44,087 nt of DNA from Candidatus Hermodarchaeota archaeon (GCA_016839365.1 JAEOUH010000068.1:1-44087); one strand, 5' to 3'. Counted from the stretch's first letter, positions 1 through 10,225 are shown. Made by a program: numbers and translations. Notes: generated by a model from the letters alone, not told the origin.

Positions 1-565
1 AGGCTGAGACCGTAATCCCGTTCTTTTCAAGTTGCTCTCCAAGCTTGGCCATTTCAAGTTCTATTGCATCAAGTTGCTCCTGAACCTGTTGATCCATTTC
101 AACAGCTTCATCAGGCGATGTACGACGAGCTCTAAGGTACTGTGAACTTGAGGCTGCACTCTGAAGCGAATGCGATGGTTCAGAATTAGATGAATTTGCC
201 ATAGTAGCAGTACTTGCTACTGCACTTGGTTCAACTACTATTGTTTCAAGCTGCGCAGCACGTTTGTCTCGCCTAATTCGTGGCTTTGGACGTGTAGTTT
301 CCATTGGCTGCCCCGAAGCAGATCGAGCGCCTTGAGGTGGTCGACGAGAGGGACCATTAATGAGCTCAGGGGTTGTGCGACGATCGAGTAAAAGACTAGC
401 AAAAATAAAGGGAATTAGAGCGAAAATTAAGACGTTTGCGATACCGCCTAACCCAGGGAAAAGCCTATCAAGTAGAAATCCTGAAAAGAGGAAAGCATCA
501 GCAATTACTAGGGCCGCCACAATAACCCAAAGGCCGATTATCGCGGACGTTCGCTTACTGGGCAT
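1..565 (-). CDS. Partial membrane-anchored protein (2 TM, low-complexity linker, coiled coil); runs off the window
   Basis: Manual translation from ATG 565: MPSKRTSAIIGLWVIVAALVIADAFLFSGFLLDRLFPGLGGIANVLIFALIPFIFASLLL...QVQEQLDAIELEMAKLGEQLEKNG. Open to base 1 and starts 3 nt after the stop of 569..1213. Confidence 0.8.
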   Translation of the reverse strand, partial: MPSKRTSAIIGLWVIVAALVIADAFLFSGFLLDRLFPGLGGIANVLIFALIPFIFASLLLDRRTTPELINGPSRRPPQGARSASGQPMETTRPKPRIRRDKRAAQLETIVVEPSAVASTATMANSSNSEPSHSLQSAASSSQYLRARRTSPDEAVEMDQQVQEQLDAIELEMAKLGEQLEKNGITVSA

Positions 566-568
566 GAC

Positions 569-1213
569 CTATTTGTCACCTGTGCTAGAGTCTTTTTTTC
601 CCCGCTTCTTCGAAGAAGCTTCACGTTTCCGTTTTGTTTTCTTTATTCTTTCTATATACTTGTCGCGTAACCGCGTATATAATTGCTCTGTGATTGCGCC
701 TTTCGCAAGTTTCTCTTCAAGCGTTTCTAATAATTGTTGAACGGCTTTTTCTGAAAGGTCCTCTTCATCGTTCTCGCCATTCTCTTCAAAAGTTTCAGAA
801 GGTATAATCCTAGTCGCAGCAACTGAGGAGGGATCCCTTGCAAGTTCTTCTTTAAGTGATTGAACGCGCCTTTCCAATTCTTCAATGCGTTGCTGGAGAA
901 CTGCAGTTGCTTCTGTTTTTTCACCATCGTCAAGGGTTTGAAATGGAAAAGGGGTAACTTCAGACACCGAATGTCCTTTATCTGCCTGAACAAGGACTTC
1001 GTTAGTGAAGTCTGGAGTGAGAACGGGTTCTTCTGCTGTGGATTGAGGTTCCTCATGACTATCTGATTGATGGATGTAGATAATCGCAATTGTGAGTGCA
1101 GCGATGATCGCTACCATGACGGCAATAATTGGGTTTATTATTACAAAGAAAATAGCAAATGCCATAACAAAAATCGGGCACCCATACACCCAAGTTCCAT
1201 GTCTACGACTCAT
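569..1213 (-). CDS. Membrane-anchored coiled-coil protein with SHOCT/CdvA-like C-terminal motif
   Basis: N-terminal hydrophobic hairpin, heptads LQQRIEELERRVQSLKEEL, motif LEEKLAKGAITEQLYTRLRDKY, basic tail. Confidence 0.75.
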   Translation of the reverse strand: MSRRHGTWVYGCPIFVMAFAIFFVIINPIIAVMVAIIAALTIAIIYIHQSDSHEEPQSTAEEPVLTPDFTNEVLVQADKGHSVSEVTPFPFQTLDDGEKTEATAVLQQRIEELERRVQSLKEELARDPSSVAATRIIPSETFEENGENDEEDLSEKAVQQLLETLEEKLAKGAITEQLYTRLRDKYIERIKKTKRKREASSKKRGKKDSSTGDK

Positions 1214-1376
1214 ATTATATCAACCGAACTTTACTTCCCTCAATAGATAGCGTCAAATACTCCCTCTTGGTCGTCGCCTTAAAAGATTGTGTGCATTTCT
1301 TGTTAAGCTATCTGTATAGTGATAAACACACATTTAAGCCAATTTTCCTGCAGAATGCCTAAGAGGTGTCTACTAG

Positions 1377-2393
1377 ATGCCAACCCTGCCATTAGGAAAA
1401 GTCCCACCAAAGATTCTCGAAAAACATGTGTTCCCCTTTCTTGGAGTAGGAGACACCAGTATTTTACATGGTCCTGGAATCGGTCGAGATGCAGCGCTAG
1501 TCCGTGTAGGTCAGCAAGTTGTTGTCGCAAGTACAGATCCAATCACCGGAGCTGTTCAAAATATAGGAGCGTATGTGGTTCATATTTGTGCAAATGATGT
1601 AGCGACATTCGGTATTCGTCCCAGATGGTTCCTAGCAACGATTCTGCTCCCTGAAGACTCCCGAGCTCAACAACTAGAAGAAATCATGGCGTCGATGCAT
1701 ACTGCTGCCAAAGGTTTGAACGTCAGCATCATTGGTGGGCATACTGAAGTGACACCTGAACTGAAAAGGCCAATCATTATTGGCTTTATGCTGGGGGTGG
1801 CAGAACAGGATCATTACGTTACCTCAACCCAGGCTCTACCGGGAAACGTAATTATTCTAACCAAGGGGGCCGCCATTGAAGGAACTGCAATTTTAGCTAC
1901 CGAACGAGCTACAATTTTGCAACAAAAACTCAGTTCCTCACTGGTAAATCGTGCGCAGCAGTTCATTCACAGGATCAGTGTTGTACCAGAGGCGCTTGCG
2001 GCAATGTCCACAGGTGCCGTGAGAGCCATGCACGACCCAACGGAAGGTGGAGTATCGAATGGGCTTCACGAGTTAGCGAATGCGTCTGGATTAGGCTTCA
2101 TTGTAGATCGAAGTAAAATCATCATCCAAGAAGAAACCCGACAAATCTGTCAGGTTTTTGACGTTAATCCTCTTGAATTAATTGCTAGCGGAGCCATGCT
2201 CATGGCCGTTGAAGGGAAGCAAGCACCCCATATCCTAGACGTTCTACAAAAGGAAAAAATCACTGCGGCGGTCATTGGGCGTCTAGTAGCTGATGCCTCA
2301 CAAAGAATGATAATCGACTTTGATGGGTCGATTAAACAACTAATGCAGCCCACTGAAGATGCGCTTTGGAAGGCTCTCCAGAAATCTGCATAA
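1377..2393 (+). CDS. AIR synthase (PurM/HypE/ThiL) family protein
   Basis: GPGIGRDAA, STDPIT, ICANDVATFG, IIGGHTE, MHDPTEGG motifs. Confidence 0.85.
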   Translation: MPTLPLGKVPPKILEKHVFPFLGVGDTSILHGPGIGRDAALVRVGQQVVVASTDPITGAVQNIGAYVVHICANDVATFGIRPRWFLATILLPEDSRAQQLEEIMASMHTAAKGLNVSIIGGHTEVTPELKRPIIIGFMLGVAEQDHYVTSTQALPGNVIILTKGAAIEGTAILATERATILQQKLSSSLVNRAQQFIHRISVVPEALAAMSTGAVRAMHDPTEGGVSNGLHELANASGLGFIVDRSKIIIQEETRQICQVFDVNPLELIASGAMLMAVEGKQAPHILDVLQKEKITAAVIGRLVADASQRMIIDFDGSIKQLMQPTEDALWKALQKSA

Positions 2394-2405
2394 ACAGATT
2401 CTGTA

Positions 2406-3665
2406 TCACTTCTTCTGTAACAATTTCAACATGACATCGAGTAACTTATGTGCAGCTTCTGTTTTTGTCGTTTTGGAGATATGGATCACTTTCTTCTTTT
2501 TATCAATCAGGAACAATTCGTTAGTAGCTGTACCAAAACCCACTCCAGGGCGACCCACATCATTAGCGACTATCAGATCGCCTTTAGCACTGACTAAACG
2601 ATTGTATGCCCTTGTTATCAATTCGTCGTCTGTGACACCATGTTCAGCCTTGAAAAGCACAAGGAAGATCGATTTTTGCAGGTTCTTAACTGCATCAACG
2701 ATTTTCGGAGTTGGTTGAAATGTGACTGAAAATGTCTTTGTGTCCGCAGTTGGAACCTTCTCTTTTTGGCGAGTTTGCGGAGTCCAATCCGCCACAGCTG
2801 CAGCTGCGATTAAAATGTCGTAATTGGATTTTTTCAACTCGTTGGTGACCGCATCATACATCTCTTGCGTGGTTTCAACTTGGATGAGTCTGACCTTTTC
2901 GGGAGGCGGTATTTTCCCATGACCATACACCAATGTCACATCAGCGCCTCTTTCGTAAGCGGCATTGGCTAGTTCAACTCCCATTCTCCCCGAGCTTTTA
3001 CTGGTCACTATCCGGACTGGATCAATATATTCGAGAGTGGGTCCTGCCGTAACAAGGACGTGTTTTCCCGCCAGATCAGCAGGTCTCGCTAACTTTGTTA
3101 GGACAGTTTTCAACACTTCTTTAGGAGTAGCAATTTTTGCTTTTCCTTCCTCCATCCGGGGGCCGATGAACTCCACACCCAGCTTTTCGAGTTTCTGAAT
3201 GTTTTCTCGAACTATAGGGTGTTTGTACATAGAGGCATGCATAGCTGGAACGATGACAATAGGTATTCCGGAACCAAATGCAGTTGTCACCGTCGACGTA
3301 ACCGGTGTGTCATCGATGCCCATCGCAATTTTTGAAATAGTATTAGTGGTTGCTGGTGCCACCAAGATTAGATCTGCTTTTTCTGCATGCTCTCCGGCAA
3401 GGGCAACGTGCTCTATTTTACCTGTTAGCATTGTAATCACTGGGTTCCCGGTTGCCCATTCCATCAAATATGGGTGGATAATCTCATGAGCTGCCTCTGA
3501 AAATACCGTCACCACTTCGCCACCATGGCGCATTAATAGTCTGGCTATTTCAGGACTCTGCACGGCAGCGACGCTACCGGTGATGCAGAGTACAATTAGT
3601 TTTCCTCGCAGCTCAACGCCTAAAGACTCTACGATGTCCTTTGAAGGGTGAGTATCCATCGGCAT
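2406..3665 (-). CDS. coaBC: Bifunctional phosphopantothenoylcysteine decarboxylase/synthase
   Basis: ITGSVAA, EHVAL, APATTNTISK, PAMH, TAGPTLEYIDPVR, SSGRMG, AAVAD. Start set at ATG 3665 (AGGAG upstream); GTG 3698 is possible. Confidence 0.95.
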   Translation of the reverse strand: MPMDTHPSKDIVESLGVELRGKLIVLCITGSVAAVQSPEIARLLMRHGGEVVTVFSEAAHEIIHPYLMEWATGNPVITMLTGKIEHVALAGEHAEKADLILVAPATTNTISKIAMGIDDTPVTSTVTTAFGSGIPIVIVPAMHASMYKHPIVRENIQKLEKLGVEFIGPRMEEGKAKIATPKEVLKTVLTKLARPADLAGKHVLVTAGPTLEYIDPVRIVTSKSSGRMGVELANAAYERGADVTLVYGHGKIPPPEKVRLIQVETTQEMYDAVTNELKKSNYDILIAAAAVADWTPQTRQKEKVPTADTKTFSVTFQPTPKIVDAVKNLQKSIFLVLFKAEHGVTDDELITRAYNRLVSAKGDLIVANDVGRPGVGFGTATNELFLIDKKKKVIHISKTTKTEAAHKLLDVMLKLLQKK

Positions 3666-3703
3666 ATCAATCGACTCCTGCTTTCTTTTCGCTTTCACAG
3701 TTC

Positions 3704-4474
3704 TTAATGGTATGTGTGTTCTTTATCGGGGTATTTACCGTTTCTTACCTCATGTGCGAATTCGGTTACAGCTTTGCCGATAACCTTGTCTAGGTTCGTA
3801 TACTGCTTCACAAATTTTGGTAGATGATCTTTGCTAACCATCCCTAAGAGTTCAGTGATTACAAGAACCTGGCCATCACAGTATTTCCCTGCTCCGATAC
3901 CGATGGTTGGGGTTTTCACATCATGTGTGATTTTTCTAGCCAACCACTCCGGCACGCACTCTAAGACCATTGAGAAAACACCAAGTCTATCCAATTCTAA
4001 AGAATCACGCCAGATTTGGTCTGCTTGTTCAGGAGTTTTTCCCTGGACCTGATACTTTTCTGCTGTTTGTGGTAGCAGGCCCACATGCCCCATAACTGAA
4101 ATGTTGTGCTTTTGAAGTAATTTAATCACTTCAGGTTGGTTACCTTCAATTTTTACTGCATGAGCTCCCGCTTGGCACAAGCGCTTGGCGTTGACCAGCG
4201 CTTCTTCCGGTGTATCATAACTGTGGATCGGCATATCAGCAGTGATTAACGTGGTTTTCGCACCTTTCGCAACCGCCTGGGTGTGATATAGCATGGCTTC
4301 CATAGTGACTTGTTTGGTATTCGGATTCCCCTGAAAGACCATTCCTAGACTATCGCCTACAAGAATCATGTCAACGTTATTGGCTTCGAGAATCCTCGCG
4401 ATCTGGTAATCATAGGCTGTGAGCATTACGATCTTTTGTTTGCCTTTTAATGCCTGAATCTGATTTGGGTTCAT
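3704..4474 (-). CDS. panB: Ketopantoate hydroxymethyltransferase
   Basis: MLTAYDY, LVGDSLGM, VKIEG, GHVGLLPQ, IGIGAG, DGQVLV. Confidence 0.97.
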   Translation of the reverse strand: MNPNQIQALKGKQKIVMLTAYDYQIARILEANNVDMILVGDSLGMVFQGNPNTKQVTMEAMLYHTQAVAKGAKTTLITADMPIHSYDTPEEALVNAKRLCQAGAHAVKIEGNQPEVIKLLQKHNISVMGHVGLLPQTAEKYQVQGKTPEQADQIWRDSLELDRLGVFSMVLECVPEWLARKITHDVKTPTIGIGAGKYCDGQVLVITELLGMVSKDHLPKFVKQYTNLDKVIGKAVTEFAHEVRNGKYPDKEHTYH

Positions 4475-5364
4475 TGCTTTTCAGCCTCCAAATATCGGAT
4501 CAACTGTGCTAGCGTCTCATTAACGGGTGTCGGAATTTGGTGTTCTCTTCCTAGTTCAACAATTCTTCCGTTGAGAAAGTCAATCTCTGTTTTTCGTCCA
4601 TTTAACACATCTTGTAACATCGAACTGCGGTTCTTAAAACTCGGTAAATTCGATTCCATTATCTCCAAGATACCTAAGTCTAGGTATATTCCCTCTGCTT
4701 GTCCAACGGCTATACATTCTTCGACAACGCTTCGTTTAATGTTTGCAAGCTGTGGAGATACAAGGCTCTTCGTTGGAGCTTGTAAGATTGCACTCAAGGG
4801 ATTAACGACACAGTTGATCACTACTTTTCGCCACACATCTGCCTGGAAATCCTCTGAATTCACAACAACGAGGCCAGATTCAGTAAAGAATTTGCCAACT
4901 TCCTTTGAATTTGCATCGATGTCTAAAAATGTGAAGCCTAAATTTGCTCTAATGTGTCCTGGTTCAAGGAAATCTGCTCCAAAGACAACAACGCCACACA
5001 CGATTTTCCCCCTGCCATTCAATATCTCCTGGGCAAGTTCCTCGATGCCAAGGCCATTTTGTAAGAACAAGACTGTGGTATCCTTCTGGATTAAGTCTCG
5101 AATCGGTTTGAATGCTTCGCGTAAATTATGGGCTTTTACAGTGACTAATAGTAGTGTTTTGGGGGGGATTTCGGTTATCTCAGTGGCCGTTTCCATTGTA
5201 TAGGTTCCTGCAGCATCTCCAATTATTGTTAATCCCTTTTCCCGTATTGCCTTCATGTGTGCGGGCCTTCCGATGAGTGTAACCTTGTGCTTTTGTGAAA
5301 GCAGAGCACCATATGTTGACCCTATTGCTCCTGCGCCAAGTACAATTACCTGATCGAATGTCAT
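4471..5364 (-). CDS. panE: Ketopantoate reductase
   Basis: GAGAIG, LQNGLG, WRKVVINCVVNPL, SSMLQD, TEIDFLNG. Confidence 0.95.
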   Translation of the reverse strand: MTFDQVIVLGAGAIGSTYGALLSQKHKVTLIGRPAHMKAIREKGLTIIGDAAGTYTMETATEITEIPPKTLLLVTVKAHNLREAFKPIRDLIQKDTTVLFLQNGLGIEELAQEILNGRGKIVCGVVVFGADFLEPGHIRANLGFTFLDIDANSKEVGKFFTESGLVVVNSEDFQADVWRKVVINCVVNPLSAILQAPTKSLVSPQLANIKRSVVEECIAVGQAEGIYLDLGILEIMESNLPSFKNRSSMLQDVLNGRKTEIDFLNGRIVELGREHQIPTPVNETLAQLIRYLEAEKQ

Positions 5365-6161
5365 TTTTTCTCAGCCCCAGAATCTAGAACGCCATGGTTT
5401 TTGGCTAGCGCGCTTAACCGATCATTAATGAGACTTATTGCTTCAGCGAGATTATATTGGTTATCGAAGTTATCGAGGATTATTTTCAGTTTTTCATACG
5501 GTTCATCTTGTAATTTCTCGACTGCCTTGATTAATAGTGGCATCGCCCGAACCACATTATCCACGATTGTTATGTTTGCCTTTTGTGCAGTCCGTGACAA
5601 CGGATTAAGATCCACGGTGATAACGCGTTTTCCTAATCGAACAAGTCCCTCGGTTCGATCCCCATCCTCCAAAGGAACAAAGGCCACATCAGCTGCGAAT
5701 AATCCACGACTATCAACTATTCGACGCTCACTATGAATCTCTGGAATCGTCTCATGGTAATCGGAGTCAAGACCATAGATTTCCTCTGCACCAGCTTCCT
5801 TGAGCACTCTGGCAATTGCCTCTTCGCGGTCCTTTGAACGATGATACAAATTAATCTCTAATTTTGCCCTAGACGCATTTGCGAGTTTTATTAAATCATC
5901 AGGGACTAAAGCCGCAACATTACCGTTCACGGATAACACCGGATTTTGACCTAACAGAAGACATGCCGCTGCGGCGTTAATGGCATGCTTTGCATTGTTG
6001 GTTGTCCTTTCCCCAATCAGGTAATCGAACGCCTCTCCACGTCCATGCGCAAATAAACCAAAGCTGGAAGTTACGCCAGTTTCAAAGCCTTGTACGAGTT
6101 TTTCTCGAATACGTAAAGATGTTGCTCGTGGGTGTTTAGGAGACACTTTGTTGTTAGGCAT
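5361..6161 (-). CDS. pps: Archaeal 4-phosphopantoate--beta-alanine ligase (PPS)
   Basis: AHGRGEAFDYLIGE, SVNGNVAAL, VPLEDGDR, DLNPLSRT. Confidence 0.95.
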   Translation of the reverse strand: MPNNKVSPKHPRATSLRIREKLVQGFETGVTSSFGLFAHGRGEAFDYLIGERTTNNAKHAINAAAACLLLGQNPVLSVNGNVAALVPDDLIKLANASRAKLEINLYHRSKDREEAIARVLKEAGAEEIYGLDSDYHETIPEIHSERRIVDSRGLFAADVAFVPLEDGDRTEGLVRLGKRVITVDLNPLSRTAQKANITIVDNVVRAMPLLIKAVEKLQDEPYEKLKIILDNFDNQYNLAEAISLINDRLSALAKNHGVLDSGAEKK

Positions 6162-7071
6162 CTAAGACTTTCGCCCCCATACAGTCGATTTCCATAACTA
6201 GCACACCATATTCAGGGTCACAATGGCGCTCTAGAATATCAGCTAATTGCTGAACTTGGTCAGAGAGAACAAGAGAAAAGATATTTTCACCAAATATCGC
6301 AGTGCTGCATGTGAATCCAGCCTCATCAGTTTCTTTCAGCACTATTTTGACCCGTTCATTAAACAGGCCAATGTATTCTGCAAAATGCCGGGAATATTCC
6401 ATAAAGTGTTCAACCGTCGGATGGGCACGGAGGGCATCAGTTAAGAGTCCTCCTCGTTCATTGATTCGTTTTCGGGCATTTTGATCGCTCAGGTATTTGG
6501 GTGTGGGAATGGAACCCAGGGGCAAGCACACCACCTGGTATTCCTCACTTGTACGAAGTGTCTCGACCTGGCCTACTCCTGGTCCTCCTGCAGTGCTTCG
6601 AATTTCAATTCCTCCTGCCAATTCTGCAATTACAGTTCCTAGCCCCGTACGATGTTGGACTTCCATGATGTGAGCCACTTGGGCTGCCTCTAGCCGCGTT
6701 AGGTTATATTTTGCAGCTTCATTCAAGGCTAGAGCGAGACTAAGTGCTCCAGCTCCGCTCATTCCGAAGCCCGCACCGATGGGTAACTCAACTCTATGGT
6801 TTACTTTGATTTGGTAATTTTGTTCAGGTCGTAGCTGCAAGAACCAGGCAATGACGCTCTCAGAGACTGGAGCATGGTAGGACGGATCTCCGTTTATTTC
6901 TATTCGAACCGTCGAGGACTTAGCAGGCTCAATTTCTACTTCAGTAGTAACGCCTTTACTTACCGAAACGCCCGCTCCACGCGAACCCTTTTCCAGCGGG
7001 TCCTCTGGTTCATCACATATCTGAAAGAAGCCAGTGATATGCCCGGGGGAAAACGCACGACAGGTATTCAT
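6154..7071 (-). CDS. pok: Pantoate kinase (GHMP family)
   Basis: AFSPGHITGFF, GSRGAGV, LPIGAGFGMSGAGAL, TGLGTV; overlaps the PPS start. Confidence 0.92.
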   Translation of the reverse strand: MNTCRAFSPGHITGFFQICDEPEDPLEKGSRGAGVSVSKGVTTEVEIEPAKSSTVRIEINGDPSYHAPVSESVIAWFLQLRPEQNYQIKVNHRVELPIGAGFGMSGAGALSLALALNEAAKYNLTRLEAAQVAHIMEVQHRTGLGTVIAELAGGIEIRSTAGGPGVGQVETLRTSEEYQVVCLPLGSIPTPKYLSDQNARKRINERGGLLTDALRAHPTVEHFMEYSRHFAEYIGLFNERVKIVLKETDEAGFTCSTAIFGENIFSLVLSDQVQQLADILERHCDPEYGVLVMEIDCMGAKVLDA

Positions 7072-7251
7072 CTCAGAGCCCTACTTTCGAATGTATTTTG
7101 ACTCACATTGGCATGTCGCGTGAAGCTGGTAGTGAAATAAAAACTATGCGACGCAAATTTAAATGCAGTTAGTTGAAATAGCCTTCCCTGGGAATGAACT
7201 GTCATCATGCCATTAGTTTAAAGAAGTGCGACACCTGAAGATTTACACTAT

Positions 7252-8178
7252 ATGAAGCGTGCGTCAGCTTTTTGCCCTGCAGGAATTTCAAGCTTCTTTC
7301 AAGCGGTTACTCCTGATTTACCTCCCAAAACCATGCAAGATGCCTATACAGTGGGAGCCAGAGGCGGCGGATTTATTCTAAAGAAAGGGGTCTATACCCA
7401 AGTTAAAGTTGAACCCACTGAATCCACTGAAATAGAAGTCACTATCAACGGCAAAAACGCCCCTGAGGCAAAGGTTACTTGCGAGGTATGCCGACTTCTC
7501 CTCGATGAAATCGAAGGCAGCTATCGAATACAAGTTGATCATGAGGTAGAAGTGCCAATCGGAGCAGGATATGGAGCAAGCGCCGCAGGCGCTGTCAGCA
7601 CCACCATGGCCTTAAGTCGCGCCTTTGGCATGCATCTTACCTTAAACCGGATAGGACAGTTTGCGCATTTTGCCGAAATACGTTGTGCTACAGGGCTAGG
7701 GAGTGTTAGCGGGGTCATTCGAAGTGGTATGATTCTCATCTTAGAACCCGGAGCCCCCGGATATGATCGTGTAGATTGGTTGCCCCTTGATCCCTCACAT
7801 CGAATCATTACCGCAAGCTTCGCGCCCATTTCAAAGGAGGATATCATTTTCTCTCCCAACGCGTTACAAGCGGTTAATCGGGAGGGGGCAAAGGTCTTGC
7901 AACAGATTCTTGCCAATCCGACTCCTGAGTATTTCATGAAGTTGTGTAATAGGTTCGCAAATAAGGTTGGATTTCTTTCAGAACGAATAGCAGACGTGTT
8001 AGAGAAAGTCATCGATGCTGGTGCACTTGGCGCTACCCAAAACATGATTGGTGATGCTTTTCACGCATTGGTTGACGTTGATAGCGTTGATTCTGTGATT
8101 CAGTCTGTAGCACACCTATTTCCACCCAATGCCCTGCTTGTTTCTCAAGTGACTTGTACTGGACCAAGACATACATAA
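7252..8178 (+). CDS. Second pantoate-kinase-like GHMP kinase
   Basis: AFCPAGISSFF, GARGGG, VPIGAGYGASAAGA, TGLGSV, GAPG, QNMIGD. Confidence 0.85.
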   Translation: MKRASAFCPAGISSFFQAVTPDLPPKTMQDAYTVGARGGGFILKKGVYTQVKVEPTESTEIEVTINGKNAPEAKVTCEVCRLLLDEIEGSYRIQVDHEVEVPIGAGYGASAAGAVSTTMALSRAFGMHLTLNRIGQFAHFAEIRCATGLGSVSGVIRSGMILILEPGAPGYDRVDWLPLDPSHRIITASFAPISKEDIIFSPNALQAVNREGAKVLQQILANPTPEYFMKLCNRFANKVGFLSERIADVLEKVIDAGALGATQNMIGDAFHALVDVDSVDSVIQSVAHLFPPNALLVSQVTCTGPRHT

Positions 8179-8205
8179 ACTAGAAACTTCCTGTAGCAAA
8201 TAGAA

Positions 8206-8982
8206 GTGAGAAAAATGAACATGGTCAAGCCATCACTGTTTCTCCCGCAGATGCCTAAATCGTTGCTAATTTCTGTTACTGCATTGATGACTGCACTTGT
8301 AGCGATTCTAACCGCAGCATTCCAAATCTATGTGCCTTTCACCTATGGTTACTTCAATTTTGGTGAGGTAGGAGTCTACATAACAGCTATTTTGTTTGGT
8401 CCAATTGTCGGGGCTGTAGCCGGTGGGGTTGGTTCAATGCTTGCTGATATTATGACTGGCTTTCTTCACTATGCGTTAGCAACACTAGTAATCAAAGGAG
8501 CGGAAGGATTCCTCGTTGGATATTTGAGCTGGGCGTTTAGAGACAGGTTTTCATCAAAGATGCTTAGATATCTTGGGCTTGTACTTGGGCTCGGTTTAGC
8601 CACCTGTCTAATTTTCATCGGGGTCCTTCGATTTAGTGGCGAAATTCAATGGAGTGGCGGCAGCGAGGTACTTCCTTGGTGGCTTATTCCCTTCTTCCTC
8701 CCCTCATGGGTGTGGATAGTCTTTGGAATTGTGTTTGGAGCAATGACTGTTTATATCACCTACCACTATCAACCAAAGGCCGCGTGGAATGCAACCGCAA
8801 TGCTGCTGGGTGGCTCAATAATGATAACTGGGTACTTTCTCTACCAGCTGCTGATTTTTCAATACGCAGCATTCGCCGAATTGCCTTTCAACTTTATGCA
8901 AGCCATTATAGGAATTATGATAGCCCTCCCAATCACTGAACGACTCCTACTTACTGTGAAGAATTTAGGATGGATAGGCTAA
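8206..8982 (+). CDS. ECF transporter S component
   Basis: GYFNFGE, LFGPIVGAVAGGVGSMLAD, TLVIKGAEG, NFMQ; multiple TM helices. Confidence 0.88.
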   Translation: MRKMNMVKPSLFLPQMPKSLLISVTALMTALVAILTAAFQIYVPFTYGYFNFGEVGVYITAILFGPIVGAVAGGVGSMLADIMTGFLHYALATLVIKGAEGFLVGYLSWAFRDRFSSKMLRYLGLVLGLGLATCLIFIGVLRFSGEIQWSGGSEVLPWWLIPFFLPSWVWIVFGIVFGAMTVYITYHYQPKAAWNATAMLLGGSIMITGYFLYQLLIFQYAAFAELPFNFMQAIIGIMIALPITERLLLTVKNLGWIG

Positions 8983-9051
8983 TACTAATGGCGAGCCGCA
9001 GATTTTTAACCGCCTGAATCAAGTGATAGTGCCAATATCAGCCTATTCCCC

Positions 9052-9456
9052 GTGTTGTCTATGACCGAGCCACCCGAAATTGAAGATCCAATGGAAGCCA
9101 TAATGCAGATACTTCGGGAGGCAGAACAGAGCGTAGACGGCATCCAAGGCGTTGCTGTTGTTTCTACCGACGGGCTTCCCATGGCGAGTGCAGTTGATGC
9201 AAAGATCGGGGAAGCTGAATTAGCCGCCTTAGCCTCTTCCATGCTCTCCATCGGATCAACGACCATGGACAATCTCAAGAAAGGCGACCTTGATAATATC
9301 TATGTGAAATGCGAAAAAGGCTATATTCTACTACGGTACAGCGGGCCCTTAGCGGTTGTTCTGTTTATCACGGAAAAGGATGCACGGCTGGGTCCTTTAC
9401 TGTTGGAGCTTAAACGGACTGCAGCGCGTTTAGAAAAGATGCTAGGCTTTGGCTAG
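9052..9456 (+). CDS. Roadblock/LC7 (MglB/LAMTOR-like) protein
   Basis: VAVVSTDGLPMAS, LAALASSM, GDLDNIYVKCEKGYILL, ARLGPLL. Confidence 0.9.
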   Translation: MLSMTEPPEIEDPMEAIMQILREAEQSVDGIQGVAVVSTDGLPMASAVDAKIGEAELAALASSMLSIGSTTMDNLKKGDLDNIYVKCEKGYILLRYSGPLAVVLFITEKDARLGPLLLELKRTAARLEKMLGFG

Positions 9457-9472
9457 AAGTTAAAATCTAATC

Positions 9473-10225
9473 TTAGAATCCTAAGTATTGGATTACCTCA
9501 TCAACCCCAATATTGTTTCGCACACTTGTTCTAAAAACCTTAAGTTTCGGATTAATTTGCTTAGCGTCTCGTTCCAATTGGTCAACATCAACTTCCATAA
9601 CTTTGGCCAAATCGATTTTATTGATGACCAAGATGTCTGCTTCATGAAACATAACCGGATGTTTTTGAATCATCCATGGTCCCTCTGTGACACTCACTAC
9701 AACAAGGCGTAGGTGACTCCCTAATGGAAAATCCGCTGGACAGATAAGGTTACCAACGTTTTCGATGATAATGATCTTCGTTGAAGATATATCAGCTGAG
9801 GCAAGAGCCTTTTGGATGAGTTTCGCATCCAGGTGGCATTCAACGCCAGTATTAACCTGAATGGTCTTCACACCATGCTGGGCGATACGGTCTGCATCAA
9901 TGGTTGTAGTAACATCACCTGCGATAACCAGAATCTCATCCTGCCGGTGAGCAAGTTTTTGTGAAATGGCTTCAATCAATGAGGTCTTTCCCGACCCAAC
10001 ACTACCTAGAATATTGACAGTTCGAATTCCATGTTCGTTGAAATATTCAAGATTCTCATGGGCTAGCGCTTTGTTACGATCCATGAAGTTTTCTTCTAAC
10101 TTGATATCAACGATTTCAGAACCTGTGGGATGGGAATGCCCGTGACTGTGACCATGAGCGTGATGGTGTTCACCTTCATCTGGGGTGATGACGATACGTT
10201 TCTTCTCTTCCTCTTTAGGCGCCAT
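9473..10225 (-). CDS. hypB: Hydrogenase nickel incorporation GTPase
   Basis: His-rich N-terminus, GSVGSGKT, CHLDA, ENVGNLICPADF, NKID. Confidence 0.95.
   Translation of the reverse strand: MAPKEEEKKRIVITPDEGEHHHAHGHSHGHSHPTGSEIVDIKLEENFMDRNKALAHENLEYFNEHGIRTVNILGSVGSGKTSLIEAISQKLAHRQDEILVIAGDVTTTIDADRIAQHGVKTIQVNTGVECHLDAKLIQKALASADISSTKIIIIENVGNLICPADFPLGSHLRLVVVSVTEGPWMIQKHPVMFHEADILVINKIDLAKVMEVDVDQLERDAKQINPKLKVFRTSVRNNIGVDEVIQYLGF

Noticed and set aside
360-740. 126-aa plus-strand ORF
   Set aside because: Antisense to two better-supported minus-strand genes
1377-2393. Calling this hypE because hypB is in the window
   Set aside because: Lacks the HypE C-terminal PRIC cysteine motif
4571-5203. 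210-aa ORF opposite panE, and the many similar antisense or alternate-frame ORFs
   Set aside because: Lie within recognised genes and have no motifs of their own
2406-7071. CoA operon lacking panD and coaA as a novelty
   Set aside because: This is the normal archaeal PoK/PPS pathway
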